Of a stretch of DNA of 64,000 nt, positions 18,653-25,989 are shown in pieces. The stretch lies in sequence record KU686213.1, one strand, 5' to 3'. The notes under the pieces are model-generated. The model saw only the letters and a program-made list of their open reading frames with translations. It was not told where the DNA came from and did no database searches. A program made the position numbers and the translations under genes. Positions within the stretch are counted from its first letter, which is position 1. Each line of letters begins with the position of its first letter.

Positions 18653-19453
18653 ATGTCTTTTTCATTCAACCATTTAGGTAATCACGGGCATTTGGGGAAC
18701 CAGATGTTCCAATATGCTGCCCTAGTGGGCTTATCTATTAAGCACAATAGACCTTTTTGTATTCCCCACGAAGGTGTATTTGGGAAGCATTATTACACAG
18801 AACTCCGTAGTAATATCTACGATGCTTTTGATATCAATCCTATCAAGGGTATTAGTTCTTATCCAACAGTAAATGAGCCAAGCTTTGAGTTTAGTCAGGC
18901 TTTCTTTGAGAACCCACCTACCCAGAATATCAATCTATTAGGTTTTTATCAGAGTGAGAAGTGGTTTGCTCACGCATCAGATTTGGTCCGTAAGGAGTTT
19001 ACTTTCAAGCAACAATACAGAGAGATTGCCGAAGAGATTGCCGAGGAGATGCGTAAGCATTTGAGTGGTGAAGTAATCTCACTTCACATCCGAAGGACTG
19101 ACTATGTAAATAATGCTAACCACGATTGTGTTGGTTTGGATTATTATGGAGAAGCATTGAAGCTTGTCCCAGAAGAATGTAAAGTAATCATCTTCACTGA
19201 CGACCCAGAGTGGGCAAAGGCACAGGAACTATTCCCAGATGATAGGTTCTTTGTATCAGAAACCAATTGTCCATATATCGATATGTGCCTAATGACTTTA
19301 TGTGATTATCATATTGTCGCTAATAGTAGTTACAGCTGGTGGGGTGCCTGGTTGTCTAATAGTAAAAAGGTAATTACTCCAAAGACTTGGTTTGGTCCTG
19401 GACTAAATCATAATACAAAGGACATTTATTGTGATGGATGGGTTATAGTATGA
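18653..19453 (+). CDS. Alpha-1,2-fucosyl/colitosyl-transferase, GT11 (copy 1)
   Basis: GHLGNQMFQYA, SLHIRRTDY, IFTDD, ANSSYSWWGAWL. Confidence 0.88.
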   Translation: MSFSFNHLGNHGHLGNQMFQYAALVGLSIKHNRPFCIPHEGVFGKHYYTELRSNIYDAFDINPIKGISSYPTVNEPSFEFSQAFFENPPTQNINLLGFYQSEKWFAHASDLVRKEFTFKQQYREIAEEIAEEMRKHLSGEVISLHIRRTDYVNNANHDCVGLDYYGEALKLVPEECKVIIFTDDPEWAKAQELFPDDRFFVSETNCPYIDMCLMTLCDYHIVANSSYSWWGAWLSNSKKVITPKTWFGPGLNHNTKDIYCDGWVIV

Positions 19454-19623
19454 TTGTTGCCGTTGATTATGCCCTCCTCCTAGGTGAGATGGAGGGTGTT
19501 TATGCTAAACTAAAACAGCTAGGGACCACCGAGGAACTAGCATATGTTGAGGCTATGAAGAAGAAGTATTATAAAGAATACTTCGCACTACTCCGAGAAG
19601 AAAGGGCAGCCGAACAGGCTTGA
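19450..19623 (+). CDS. Conserved small hypothetical
   Basis: LLGEMEGV...EAMKKKYYKEYF pattern; ATGA overlap. Confidence 0.5.
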   Translation: MIVAVDYALLLGEMEGVYAKLKQLGTTEELAYVEAMKKKYYKEYFALLREERAAEQA

Positions 19624-19648
19624 CCTAACCACCAAGACCTGCTATACT
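19620..19648 (+). promoter_or_regulatory. Sigma70-like promoter for tRNA-Arg
   Basis: TTGACC-17 nt-TATACT with extended TG. Confidence 0.75.
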
Positions 19649-19662
19649 AAACAGGTCACCAA

Positions 19663-19737
19663 GCCTCAGTAGCTCAGTGGAATTAGAGCACGGAGTTTCT
19701 ACCTCTGCGGTCGGGGGTTCGAGTCCCTCCTGAGGCG
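19663..19737 (+). tRNA. tRNA-Arg(TCT)
   Basis: Cloverleaf GCCTCAG/CTGAGGC, anticodon loop TT-TCT-AC, GGTTCGAGT T-loop, A20 after G18G19; no encoded CCA. Confidence 0.93.
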
Positions 19738-19763
19738 TCGTCCAATTACTAACATATATAACA

Positions 19764-19919
19764 ATGGGATTACTTTCAGAAAGCGATTACACTCACGCAA
19801 TTCAAGCACTTGAATACTACCTTGAAGTTTGGGGTAGTCAGTTGAGTGATGTTGAGTATATGGAAAAGGAAGCTCTTCTCCGTTGGCTCTACATCAGCAA
19901 ATCAAAACTAAGTAGCTGA
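19764..19919 (+). CDS. Small hypothetical (51 aa)
   Basis: ORF read by eye: MGLLSESDYTHAIQALEYYL... Confidence 0.5.
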   Translation: MGLLSESDYTHAIQALEYYLEVWGSQLSDVEYMEKEALLRWLYISKSKLSS

Positions 19920-19977
19920 TTACACAAGACGATCATCCATATTTACGCTATACTATCCACATACACAACAAAGACAG

Positions 19978-20169
19978 ATGGCTAAGCAACTCCGTATGGA
20001 TCTCATTGATGAGTATTACAAGCTATACCGTGAGCGGACTCTATGCCGTCACACCAAAGATTTTAGAGACAACTACGAAAAGATTAGTGAGCTGTGGGTA
20101 GATTTTTCAGAAGAAGAGCGTATCGCAATCAATATACGCTTCATCCAAGACAACTTGAATAAGTTCTAA
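19978..20169 (+). CDS. Hypothetical protein
   Basis: 63-aa ORF between tRNA genes. Confidence 0.5.
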   Translation: MAKQLRMDLIDEYYKLYRERTLCRHTKDFRDNYEKISELWVDFSEEERIAINIRFIQDNLNKF

Positions 20170-20198
20170 TCTTGTGATATAATACGGTCAACAGACCT

Positions 20199-20271
20199 GC
20201 TCCTTTAGCTCTCTGGTGAAAGCACTCCGCTCATAACGGAAGAAAGGTCAGTTCGATCCTGACAAGGAGCA
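20199..20271 (+). tRNA. tRNA with CAT anticodon (elongator Met or Ile2)
   Basis: GCTCCTT/AAGGAGC acceptor, loop CT-CAT-AA, GTTCGATC; lacks initiator GGG/CCC pairs; has C4:G69 and C5:G68. Confidence 0.85.
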
Positions 20272-20300
20272 TTGACAATCATCACCTTCTCTGGTATGAT
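20272..20300 (+). promoter_or_regulatory. Sigma70 promoter (copy 1 of a 33-bp direct repeat)
   Basis: TTGACA-17 nt-TATGAT. Confidence 0.85.
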
Positions 20301-20312
20301 TGTTTCATCTTC

Positions 20313-20385
20313 GGGGAATTAGCTCAGTTGGTAGAGCGCCTGCTTTGCAAGCAGGATGTCAACGGTTCGAGTCCGTTATTCTCCA
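20313..20385 (+). tRNA. tRNA-Ala(TGC)
   Basis: GGGGAAT/ATTCTCC with G3:U70, loop TT-TGC-AA, A73. Confidence 0.96.
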
Positions 20386-20414
20386 TTGACAATCATCACC
20401 TTCTCTGGTATGAT
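20386..20414 (+). promoter_or_regulatory. Sigma70 promoter (copy 2 of the 33-bp direct repeat)
   Basis: Identical to 20272-20300. Confidence 0.85.
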
Positions 20415-20421
20415 TGTCGCA

Positions 20422-20551
20422 TAAGAGAAGCACCTGTTAGGATGGTGGTCGCCTAGAATTCAAGGTGGCAGAGGCGGATTACCTCCCGTCCGAGACGAAG
20501 CGTTTAAGTTAGTCCTTTGGTAAATGGCAGTTCAAATCTGCCCTTCTCTTA
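20422..20551 (+). ncRNA. tRNA-like ~130-nt RNA of unknown function
   Basis: 9-bp terminal stem TAAGAGAAG/CTTCTCTTA adjoining a perfect T-arm GGCAG-TTCAAAT-CTGCC; begins at the predicted +1 of the adjacent promoter; no canonical anticodon arm. Confidence 0.7.
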
Positions 20552-20556
20552 AAAAT

Positions 20557-20641
20557 GGAGAGGTGGTCGAGTGGTTTATGGCTCTGGTCTTGAAAACCAG
20601 CGAGGTGAAAGCCTCCGTGAGTTCAAATCTCACCCTCTCCG
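20557..20641 (+). tRNA. tRNA-Ser(TGA)
   Basis: GGAGAGG/CCTCTCC, loop CT-TGA-AA, long variable arm, G73. Confidence 0.96.
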
Positions 20642-20645
20642 CTTT

Positions 20646-20718
20646 GCCTTTGTAGCTCAGTTGGTAGAGCGCGGCTTTTGTAAAGCCGATGTCGCAAGTT
20701 CAAATCTTGTCGAAGGCT
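20646..20718 (+). tRNA. tRNA-Thr(TGT)
   Basis: GCCTTTG/CGAAGGC, stem CGGCT/AGCCG, loop TT-TGT-AA. Confidence 0.93.
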
Positions 20719-20748
20719 TCTATGTATATCATATACATAGTTTTGAAT

Positions 20749-20822
20749 GGGGGATTAGTTCAGTGGCAAAACACCCGCCTCCGACGCGGGAGTCATCGGT
20801 TCGAGTCCGTTATTCTCCACCA
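20749..20822 (+). tRNA. Chimeric tRNA: Arg anticodon CCG on an Ala-identity acceptor stem
   Basis: Stem CCCGC/GCGGG with loop CT-CCG-AC; acceptor GGGGGAT/ATTCTCC with G3:U70, A73 and encoded CCA; last 23 nt before CCA identical to tRNA-Ala at 20313. Confidence 0.85.
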
Positions 20823-20827
20823 ACCAT

Positions 20828-20900
20828 TGCTCTGTAATTCAATCGGTAGAATGCCAAACTGTTAATTTGGAGGTTGCAGGTTCGAGTCCTGCCGGAGCAG
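20828..20900 (+). tRNA. tRNA-Asn(GTT)
   Basis: TGCTCTG/CGGAGCA, loop CT-GTT-AA, G73. Confidence 0.94.
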
Positions 20901-20915
20901 TTTAAACTTAATATT

Positions 20916-21440
20916 ATGGTAAATTCACACTACGAATCAATCCTATCTAATAGAGTCATATTAGACCTCCAAGGATATGCGTATGAAGCTGATTATCAGC
21001 CCATTCAGCAAGAGTATATGGGGGAAATTTATCAGAGTGTGAGTGCCCATAGATTACCCAAAGCTCATCCATTAGAGAAGCATATTGTTAAGTCTTTTCT
21101 TGCCTTCAATAAAGAATATTTTAATTATGATCTATGGGGTTCATTTGAGATTCAATTTTTAAAATATACCCCAGGTGGTCATTACAATTGGCATTGTGAC
21201 TATGGTATTTCAGAAGTAGGTGCTAGAAAGTTAAGTATGTCTATCCAGTTAAGTTGTGCCTGGGATTATACTGGCGGCGACCTTCTCGTTAGAGATTGGC
21301 ATAACAGAAAACAATATATCAGTAAAGAAATAGGTAATGTAGTTGTGTTCGATTCTCGCGTTCCACATAAGGTAGAACCCATTGTTGATGGGGAAAGATA
21401 TGCAATTGTTGCCTGGGCTCACGGTCCAGAACTACGCTAA
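20916..21440 (+). CDS. 2OG-Fe(II) oxygenase (prolyl-4-hydroxylase-like)
   Basis: YTPGGHYNWHCD (HxD), RKLSMSIQL, HKVEPI...GERYAIVAW. Confidence 0.88.
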   Translation: MVNSHYESILSNRVILDLQGYAYEADYQPIQQEYMGEIYQSVSAHRLPKAHPLEKHIVKSFLAFNKEYFNYDLWGSFEIQFLKYTPGGHYNWHCDYGISEVGARKLSMSIQLSCAWDYTGGDLLVRDWHNRKQYISKEIGNVVVFDSRVPHKVEPIVDGERYAIVAWAHGPELR

Positions 21441-21466
21441 ATATGGTGTATTGAAAAATATATATT

Positions 21467-21784
21467 ATGTTATCCACTAAGTTACGCCTCAGGTTAGAAT
21501 ATATTGCCTCTCGTATTGAAATGGGAGAGTCAGTTCAATTAGCGGATATGATTTGGGCTGATAAGCTAGCCAAAGCAAACCGTTCAGCTGGTGAGATTTT
21601 GAGGAAAGCTAGAAGAAAAGCTCTTACAGGGGAAACACCAGAGGGTGGGTTGGATGATTTTTTAAACCAGATGGACCTGGGTGATCCAGATCCAAGCAAC
21701 CATAGAACTAGCTTCGGATCTCCTGAGGAGATTGTTGAATGGTTCAGACAAGACAAAACTGACGATTGGAGACAACGAGACTAA
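21467..21784 (+). CDS. Conserved cyanophage hypothetical
   Basis: MLSTKLRLRLE...DMIWADKLAKAN...LDDFLNQMDLGDPDPSNH pattern. Confidence 0.65.
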   Translation: MLSTKLRLRLEYIASRIEMGESVQLADMIWADKLAKANRSAGEILRKARRKALTGETPEGGLDDFLNQMDLGDPDPSNHRTSFGSPEEIVEWFRQDKTDDWRQRD

Positions 21785-21832
21785 TAAAGGTTTTATTGAT
21801 AAACTCTGCTATAATACCCACACAACCTTCTA

Positions 21833-22285
21833 TTGATAATGCTTGATTTTGAGTATGCCCTCTTCACCAAAGAGGACCCAATTAAATTATTGAAAGACGC
21901 ATCATCCAAACTTCCAATCCATAAGAAGTTTAAGATTGCTCCACATATTCGCAGAGCTAGTGCTGCTGTTAATAAGTGTAAAAAATTTAGAGACATTGTT
22001 ACCAGTGAAGATAATGTAGTCTGTATTGATATTGGTACAACCTTCGCATCTTATTTCGGTCGGAAAGTTGATAAAGGCATCTACTTGTCTATTCCAAAAT
22101 CAGCAGCAAAGGAATATATTGAATTTTTAGAAGCTTCCTGTAAGGATACTATTAGAAGTGATAAATATATGGAGAGTATTACTAAACTACTTCTCTACCA
22201 CTCTGATTATATTGATGCATTTGTGAAAGCATTTTTAAGCATTCGATTAGCACAGGGCGAACTGGATAAATTAAAATCTAATTGA
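21833..22285 (+). CDS. Hypothetical protein
   Basis: 150-aa ORF downstream of a TGCTATAAT element. Confidence 0.55.
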   Translation: MIMLDFEYALFTKEDPIKLLKDASSKLPIHKKFKIAPHIRRASAAVNKCKKFRDIVTSEDNVVCIDIGTTFASYFGRKVDKGIYLSIPKSAAKEYIEFLEASCKDTIRSDKYMESITKLLLYHSDYIDAFVKAFLSIRLAQGELDKLKSN

Positions 22286-22286
22286 G

Positions 22287-23552
22287 ATGAAATCCTTTTT
22301 AAATTTTCTATTTGAAGCCAAGCAATCCAAAGCCGTTCAGCAAGCCACTAAAATGGGTTTGCGTAGTGACGGTCACGGTGGCTGGTATGATGAACGTGGT
22401 GAGTTTGTCGCCAAGACTGTTGGTGATGGTTTGGAGTTCTTCAACTCAAATCAAGCCACTGGCGAGAGAGACCCAAACCAGAGCGCAGCTGATAAAGCTA
22501 CTTCTGGTGAAGAAGCTGCTGGTGGTGCTGCCCTAGGGACCCGTGTAAAGGACACAGAAGGCGCTACACAAGCCCAAGCTAATAATGGAGCAGTAGCACC
22601 CGAAGCAACCGCACAGGATGCTGCCGCTGCCCCAGCGCAAGCTCAGCAAGCACCCGCAGCTGCTGCTCCCACAGAGCAACAGGCACCTGCTGATGTACCC
22701 AAAACGAAGGGCACACTCACTCTTGCTTTTGGGCGCTTCAACCCACCTACCGTGGGACACCAGAAGCTTATGGATAAGGTCGCTTCTAGCTCTGATGATA
22801 ATGACTATATGATTATCCCTTCTCGTTCCGAAGACAAGAAGAAAAATCCATTAGGAGTTGATCGTAAAGCGGCTCTAATGCGTCAGTTATATCCAGACCA
22901 CGCAGAAAAGATTGTAAATGATGCGGCAAACCGTACCATTTTTGATGTTATGCGTAAGGCACACAACGATGGCTATGCTAATGTTCGTGTTGTAGGTGGT
23001 GGAGATAGAGTAAAGGAATATGAAAAGCTAATCAATAAGTACAACGGATCTACATATCAGTTTGATAATATTGAAGTTGTAAATGCGGGTGACCGCGATG
23101 CCGATTCAGATGATACTGACGGTATGTCTGCTTCCAAGATGCGTAAAGCAGCCAAGGATAATGACTTCCGAGGCTTTATGAAGGGTATGCCTAAGGGTAT
23201 GGACCCCGATGTTCTTATGGGGATCTTCACGGAACTCCAAGACGCTATGGGCGTAAAGCCCAAAGAACCAGCAGTCGCTGAGAACTGGGAGGTTGCTCCT
23301 AGACTATATCTTAGAGACCTACGAGAGGAGTATGTAAGTGAGAGAGTCTTCAATATTGGAGATACTATCACCCACGACCCCACTGGAATGGTTGCTGAGA
23401 TTGTAAGAAAGGGTGCTAATCACCTTATCTGCGTCACAGAAGACGATAAAATGTTTAAGACTTGGACTCAAGATGTTAGTTATAACAATCCAATCATTGA
23501 GCCCCCTGCTAAAATTAATAGCTTTAAGCGATTTTTAAGGAATTTTTCCTAG
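22287..23552 (+). CDS. Cytidylyltransferase-like nucleotidyltransferase
   Basis: AFGRFNPPTVGHQKL (HxGH-type), VVGGGDR, GMSASKMR; N-terminal GLRSDGHGGWYD module. Confidence 0.85.
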   Translation: MKSFLNFLFEAKQSKAVQQATKMGLRSDGHGGWYDERGEFVAKTVGDGLEFFNSNQATGERDPNQSAADKATSGEEAAGGAALGTRVKDTEGATQAQANNGAVAPEATAQDAAAAPAQAQQAPAAAAPTEQQAPADVPKTKGTLTLAFGRFNPPTVGHQKLMDKVASSSDDNDYMIIPSRSEDKKKNPLGVDRKAALMRQLYPDHAEKIVNDAANRTIFDVMRKAHNDGYANVRVVGGGDRVKEYEKLINKYNGSTYQFDNIEVVNAGDRDADSDDTDGMSASKMRKAAKDNDFRGFMKGMPKGMDPDVLMGIFTELQDAMGVKPKEPAVAENWEVAPRLYLRDLREEYVSERVFNIGDTITHDPTGMVAEIVRKGANHLICVTEDDKMFKTWTQDVSYNNPIIEPPAKINSFKRFLRNFS

Positions 23553-23564
23553 ATCAATAACTAT

Positions 23565-23572
23565 TATAAATA
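23565..23572 (+). promoter_or_regulatory. Late promoter TATAAATA
   Basis: Exact consensus upstream of 23613. Confidence 0.75.
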
Positions 23573-23612
23573 AAACTACGAAGAAACACCACGCCCTGTT
23601 TATTTTAGATAC

Positions 23613-25532
23613 ATGGAATTCCAAATCACTGAGGCAATTGAGCTAGTAAAAACTCTTGCCGAGACTGAAAATCTAACTCATACTGAAGCATTGACTGCTT
23701 TCTTTTATGAAGCTGATATGAGCATTGAGGATGCTGCTATGCTAAAGGCAGCATTCTTTGAGAGCTATACTCTACAGGAAATGGCTGTGGATTCCCTAAC
23801 AAACGCACTACACAGTGTATTTGTTAGCGGTCTATCTGAGGAGTCAGAAGAACTATCAGAAGTTGATACTAAAGAAACTGGTGAAGGTACCAAGTATAAG
23901 GTTCGTGTAAAGGATCGCGTATCTAACTCAAGCTATGTTCGCTACGCTACTCGTGAGAAGATTGCCGAGCTTCGTGCTAATCCAAATATCTCTTCTGTTG
24001 AGTTGACCGACCACGGTACAACTGGCGAGGACGATAGAGGTGAGCGCACATCAGCTGCTAAACGTGGTGATCGCGATGGTGATGGTAAGGTTGAGTCTGG
24101 CTCCAAAGAGCACGCTGGTGTAGTACACAATGCTATCCAACGCAAGACGGGCGGCACACCTGACGGACAGGACACCCGTAAGGAAGAGTTTGAGTTAGAT
24201 GAGGCAGAAAAGCGCATCAAGAGTGGTAAGAGATATCACGATGGTAAAAGGAAGATGTCTGATGAAGGTGGACCAGCCAAAATTGTAGATCCAAAAAAAA
24301 TGCATAGTGAGGACTATGAGCTAGAGGAAGGCAAAAAAGAAGCTGACCTAGGTAAGATGAGGCGTCAGTCAAACAAGCATATGAAAGATGCTGTTGGTAA
24401 GCGCACCAAGAGCGACAGCGACAGCAAGAATAAGTCCTTTAAGATGGACGGTATCCGCAGATCTATTGAGCGTGGTGAAGATCCCCGCCGCGATACTTAT
24501 GGTGGTAAGAGAACTGGTAAGGACGGCACACATCCCCCAGAAGACCACAGATCCAATTTTTCATATAATATGAAGGACCGCCCCGCTAAGGAGCCTGGTG
24601 TTAAGAAGGAATCTGCTTGGGATGCTTACCTAGAACTCCGTGAGAACCGTCGTGCTGCTCGTGCTGCTGGTGGTTACAAGGATGACTCAAAGAAGCAAAC
24701 CGATCCTTCTAAAGAAGGTTTCACTGGAATCTCCAACAGCATTGCTGATATTATGAAGCAAAACAAGGAGATTGAGGCTAAGAAAAAAAAAAGAGTAGCT
24801 GAAGACTTCCTACCTGAAGCTGGTAAGAGTGACGCTGGTGTCCGTAGTAGAATGAAAATTTCTGGCTATGAGCCACCTACCAACTGGGATCCCGAAGCAA
24901 ACCAAGGTAAAGGTGCTACTGTAAGCGCCAAGCAATCTGAAAAGCGTCGTCGTAAGGCACTCCGTAAAGAAGACTTCCTACCTGAAGCTGATCTAGTTGA
25001 TGCTGGTCGCGAAAACCAAGGTCAGCGCGACAAGAAAAAGCTAACTGGTAAAGGTGTTAATAACAAGTCAAACATCAAGCTAATGCCTAGTATTAACGAG
25101 ACTGTAGTAACAGAACACCCTAGCAAATCACTAGACTCTGTTTCTGCTGACTCTGATGTAAACGAATCACTTCGCGCTAAGATCCAAGAAATGGGTCGTT
25201 TGGATGAAGAGTGTTGCCCTAAGTGTGGAACTCCTGAGTGTGTCTGTGAAGGCAAGAAAGAGGAGAAGCCTAAAAAGAAAAAGGCAAAGATTGATGAATC
25301 AGGTATGCCTATTCTAGAGTACAGTCGTAACAACGCACGTCCAGGTCCTAGCCCTGAGATGATTAACCCAGGCAAAGATCCCGAAGGTGACGTAGGGCAT
25401 ATGAATCCAAAGGGTAAGCCCAAGCGTTATAAGAACAAAGGTGAAGCTCCTGGAGACCGTAGACCTAATGACCCCAGTGGTCCTGACCTACCTCTAGAGA
25501 AAGGTGTGGTTCCTAACGGTTCTGGTGTATAA
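23613..25532 (+). CDS. Large charged late protein, probable internal head/core polyprotein
   Basis: Late promoter; basic modules separated by (L/I/F)xE motifs; conserved-looking KYKVRVKD...SYVRYATREKIAELRANPNISSVE block. Confidence 0.55.
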   Translation: MEFQITEAIELVKTLAETENLTHTEALTAFFYEADMSIEDAAMLKAAFFESYTLQEMAVDSLTNALHSVFVSGLSEESEELSEVDTKETGEGTKYKVRVKDRVSNSSYVRYATREKIAELRANPNISSVELTDHGTTGEDDRGERTSAAKRGDRDGDGKVESGSKEHAGVVHNAIQRKTGGTPDGQDTRKEEFELDEAEKRIKSGKRYHDGKRKMSDEGGPAKIVDPKKMHSEDYELEEGKKEADLGKMRRQSNKHMKDAVGKRTKSDSDSKNKSFKMDGIRRSIERGEDPRRDTYGGKRTGKDGTHPPEDHRSNFSYNMKDRPAKEPGVKKESAWDAYLELRENRRAARAAGGYKDDSKKQTDPSKEGFTGISNSIADIMKQNKEIEAKKKKRVAEDFLPEAGKSDAGVRSRMKISGYEPPTNWDPEANQGKGATVSAKQSEKRRRKALRKEDFLPEADLVDAGRENQGQRDKKKLTGKGVNNKSNIKLMPSINETVVTEHPSKSLDSVSADSDVNESLRAKIQEMGRLDEECCPKCGTPECVCEGKKEEKPKKKKAKIDESGMPILEYSRNNARPGPSPEMINPGKDPEGDVGHMNPKGKPKRYKNKGEAPGDRRPNDPSGPDLPLEKGVVPNGSGV

Positions 25533-25535
25533 ATA
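25528..25535 (+). promoter_or_regulatory. Late promoter TATAAATA
   Basis: Exact consensus overlapping the 23613 stop. Confidence 0.7.
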
Positions 25536-25560
25536 AAGGTGCAGTTTATAGGTAACCCCT

Positions 25561-25737
25561 ATGTCTAAGCTAGTAGAACTTTGTAAGCCCGTTCTAATGT
25601 GGTTGTATGAATCTGCTGAAGTTAAAAAGCTCGTAGTAGAATTACTTGAGCGTTATTCTGCCTCCACCGATAATACCGTTGATGACCTAATCGTCGCAAC
25701 TGTACGCAAGGCACTTCTTCCTGAAGAGGCTAAGTGA
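25561..25737 (+). CDS. Small conserved protein (58 aa)
   Basis: Read by eye: MSKLVELCKP...VKKLVVELLERYSASTDNTVDDLIV...; below the ORF-track cutoff. Confidence 0.6.
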   Translation: MSKLVELCKPVLMWLYESAEVKKLVVELLERYSASTDNTVDDLIVATVRKALLPEEAK

Positions 25738-25895
25738 TCGAATGTTTTGCCTCAACCCACGGGTTGTTCTGGATTCTCACCGGTCTTCTATTAATATCAG
25801 AAGCTCTTGGTGAGACTAAACTAGTAAAGGCAAATGGAGTACTATCCTTTCTATTCGAGATATTAGAGCAATTTTCTAAGATTATTAGAAAAATA
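25734..25895 (+). CDS. Small membrane protein, holin-like (53 aa)
   Basis: GTG start overlapping the previous stop; hydrophobic LFWILTGLLLISEALG...KANGVLSFL. Confidence 0.5.
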
Positions 25896-25915
25896 ATGTT
25901 CGGTAGATAACTTTA

Positions 25916-25944
25916 AAGGCTCAGCGAAAGCTGGGTCTTTTTTT
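25916..25944 (+). terminator. Rho-independent terminator
   Basis: AGGCTCAGC-GAAA-GCTGGGTCT plus T run; late promoter TATAAATA follows at 25947. Confidence 0.85.
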
Positions 25945-25989
25945 ATTATAAATAAAGCTACGGTAATTAAATTACAAAAGGAATTACAA

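Noticed and set aside
20271-20417. 33-bp direct repeats as a mini CRISPR array
   Set aside because: Only two copies, the spacer is a full tRNA-Ala gene, and each repeat is a sigma70 promoter; no cas genes are present.
20422-20551. tRNA-Sec or tmRNA identity for the tRNA-like RNA
   Set aside because: The TTCAA segment has no pairing anticodon stem and the discriminator is not G. It lacks G3:U70 and is far shorter than a tmRNA.
20721-20739. AT-only palindrome TATGTATAT-C-ATATACATA between tRNA-Thr and the CCG tRNA
   Set aside because: It is real but short and AT-only; it may be a processing spacer, and no function can be supported from the sequence.
20571-20837. 88-aa ORF across the tRNA cluster
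   Set aside because: It lies entirely over the Ser, Thr and CCG tRNA genes, so it is a spurious reading.
24781-24792. Poly-A run as a slippage or frameshift site in gene 23613
   Set aside because: The ORF reads through in frame (KKKKR), and no downstream structure or useful alternative frame was seen.
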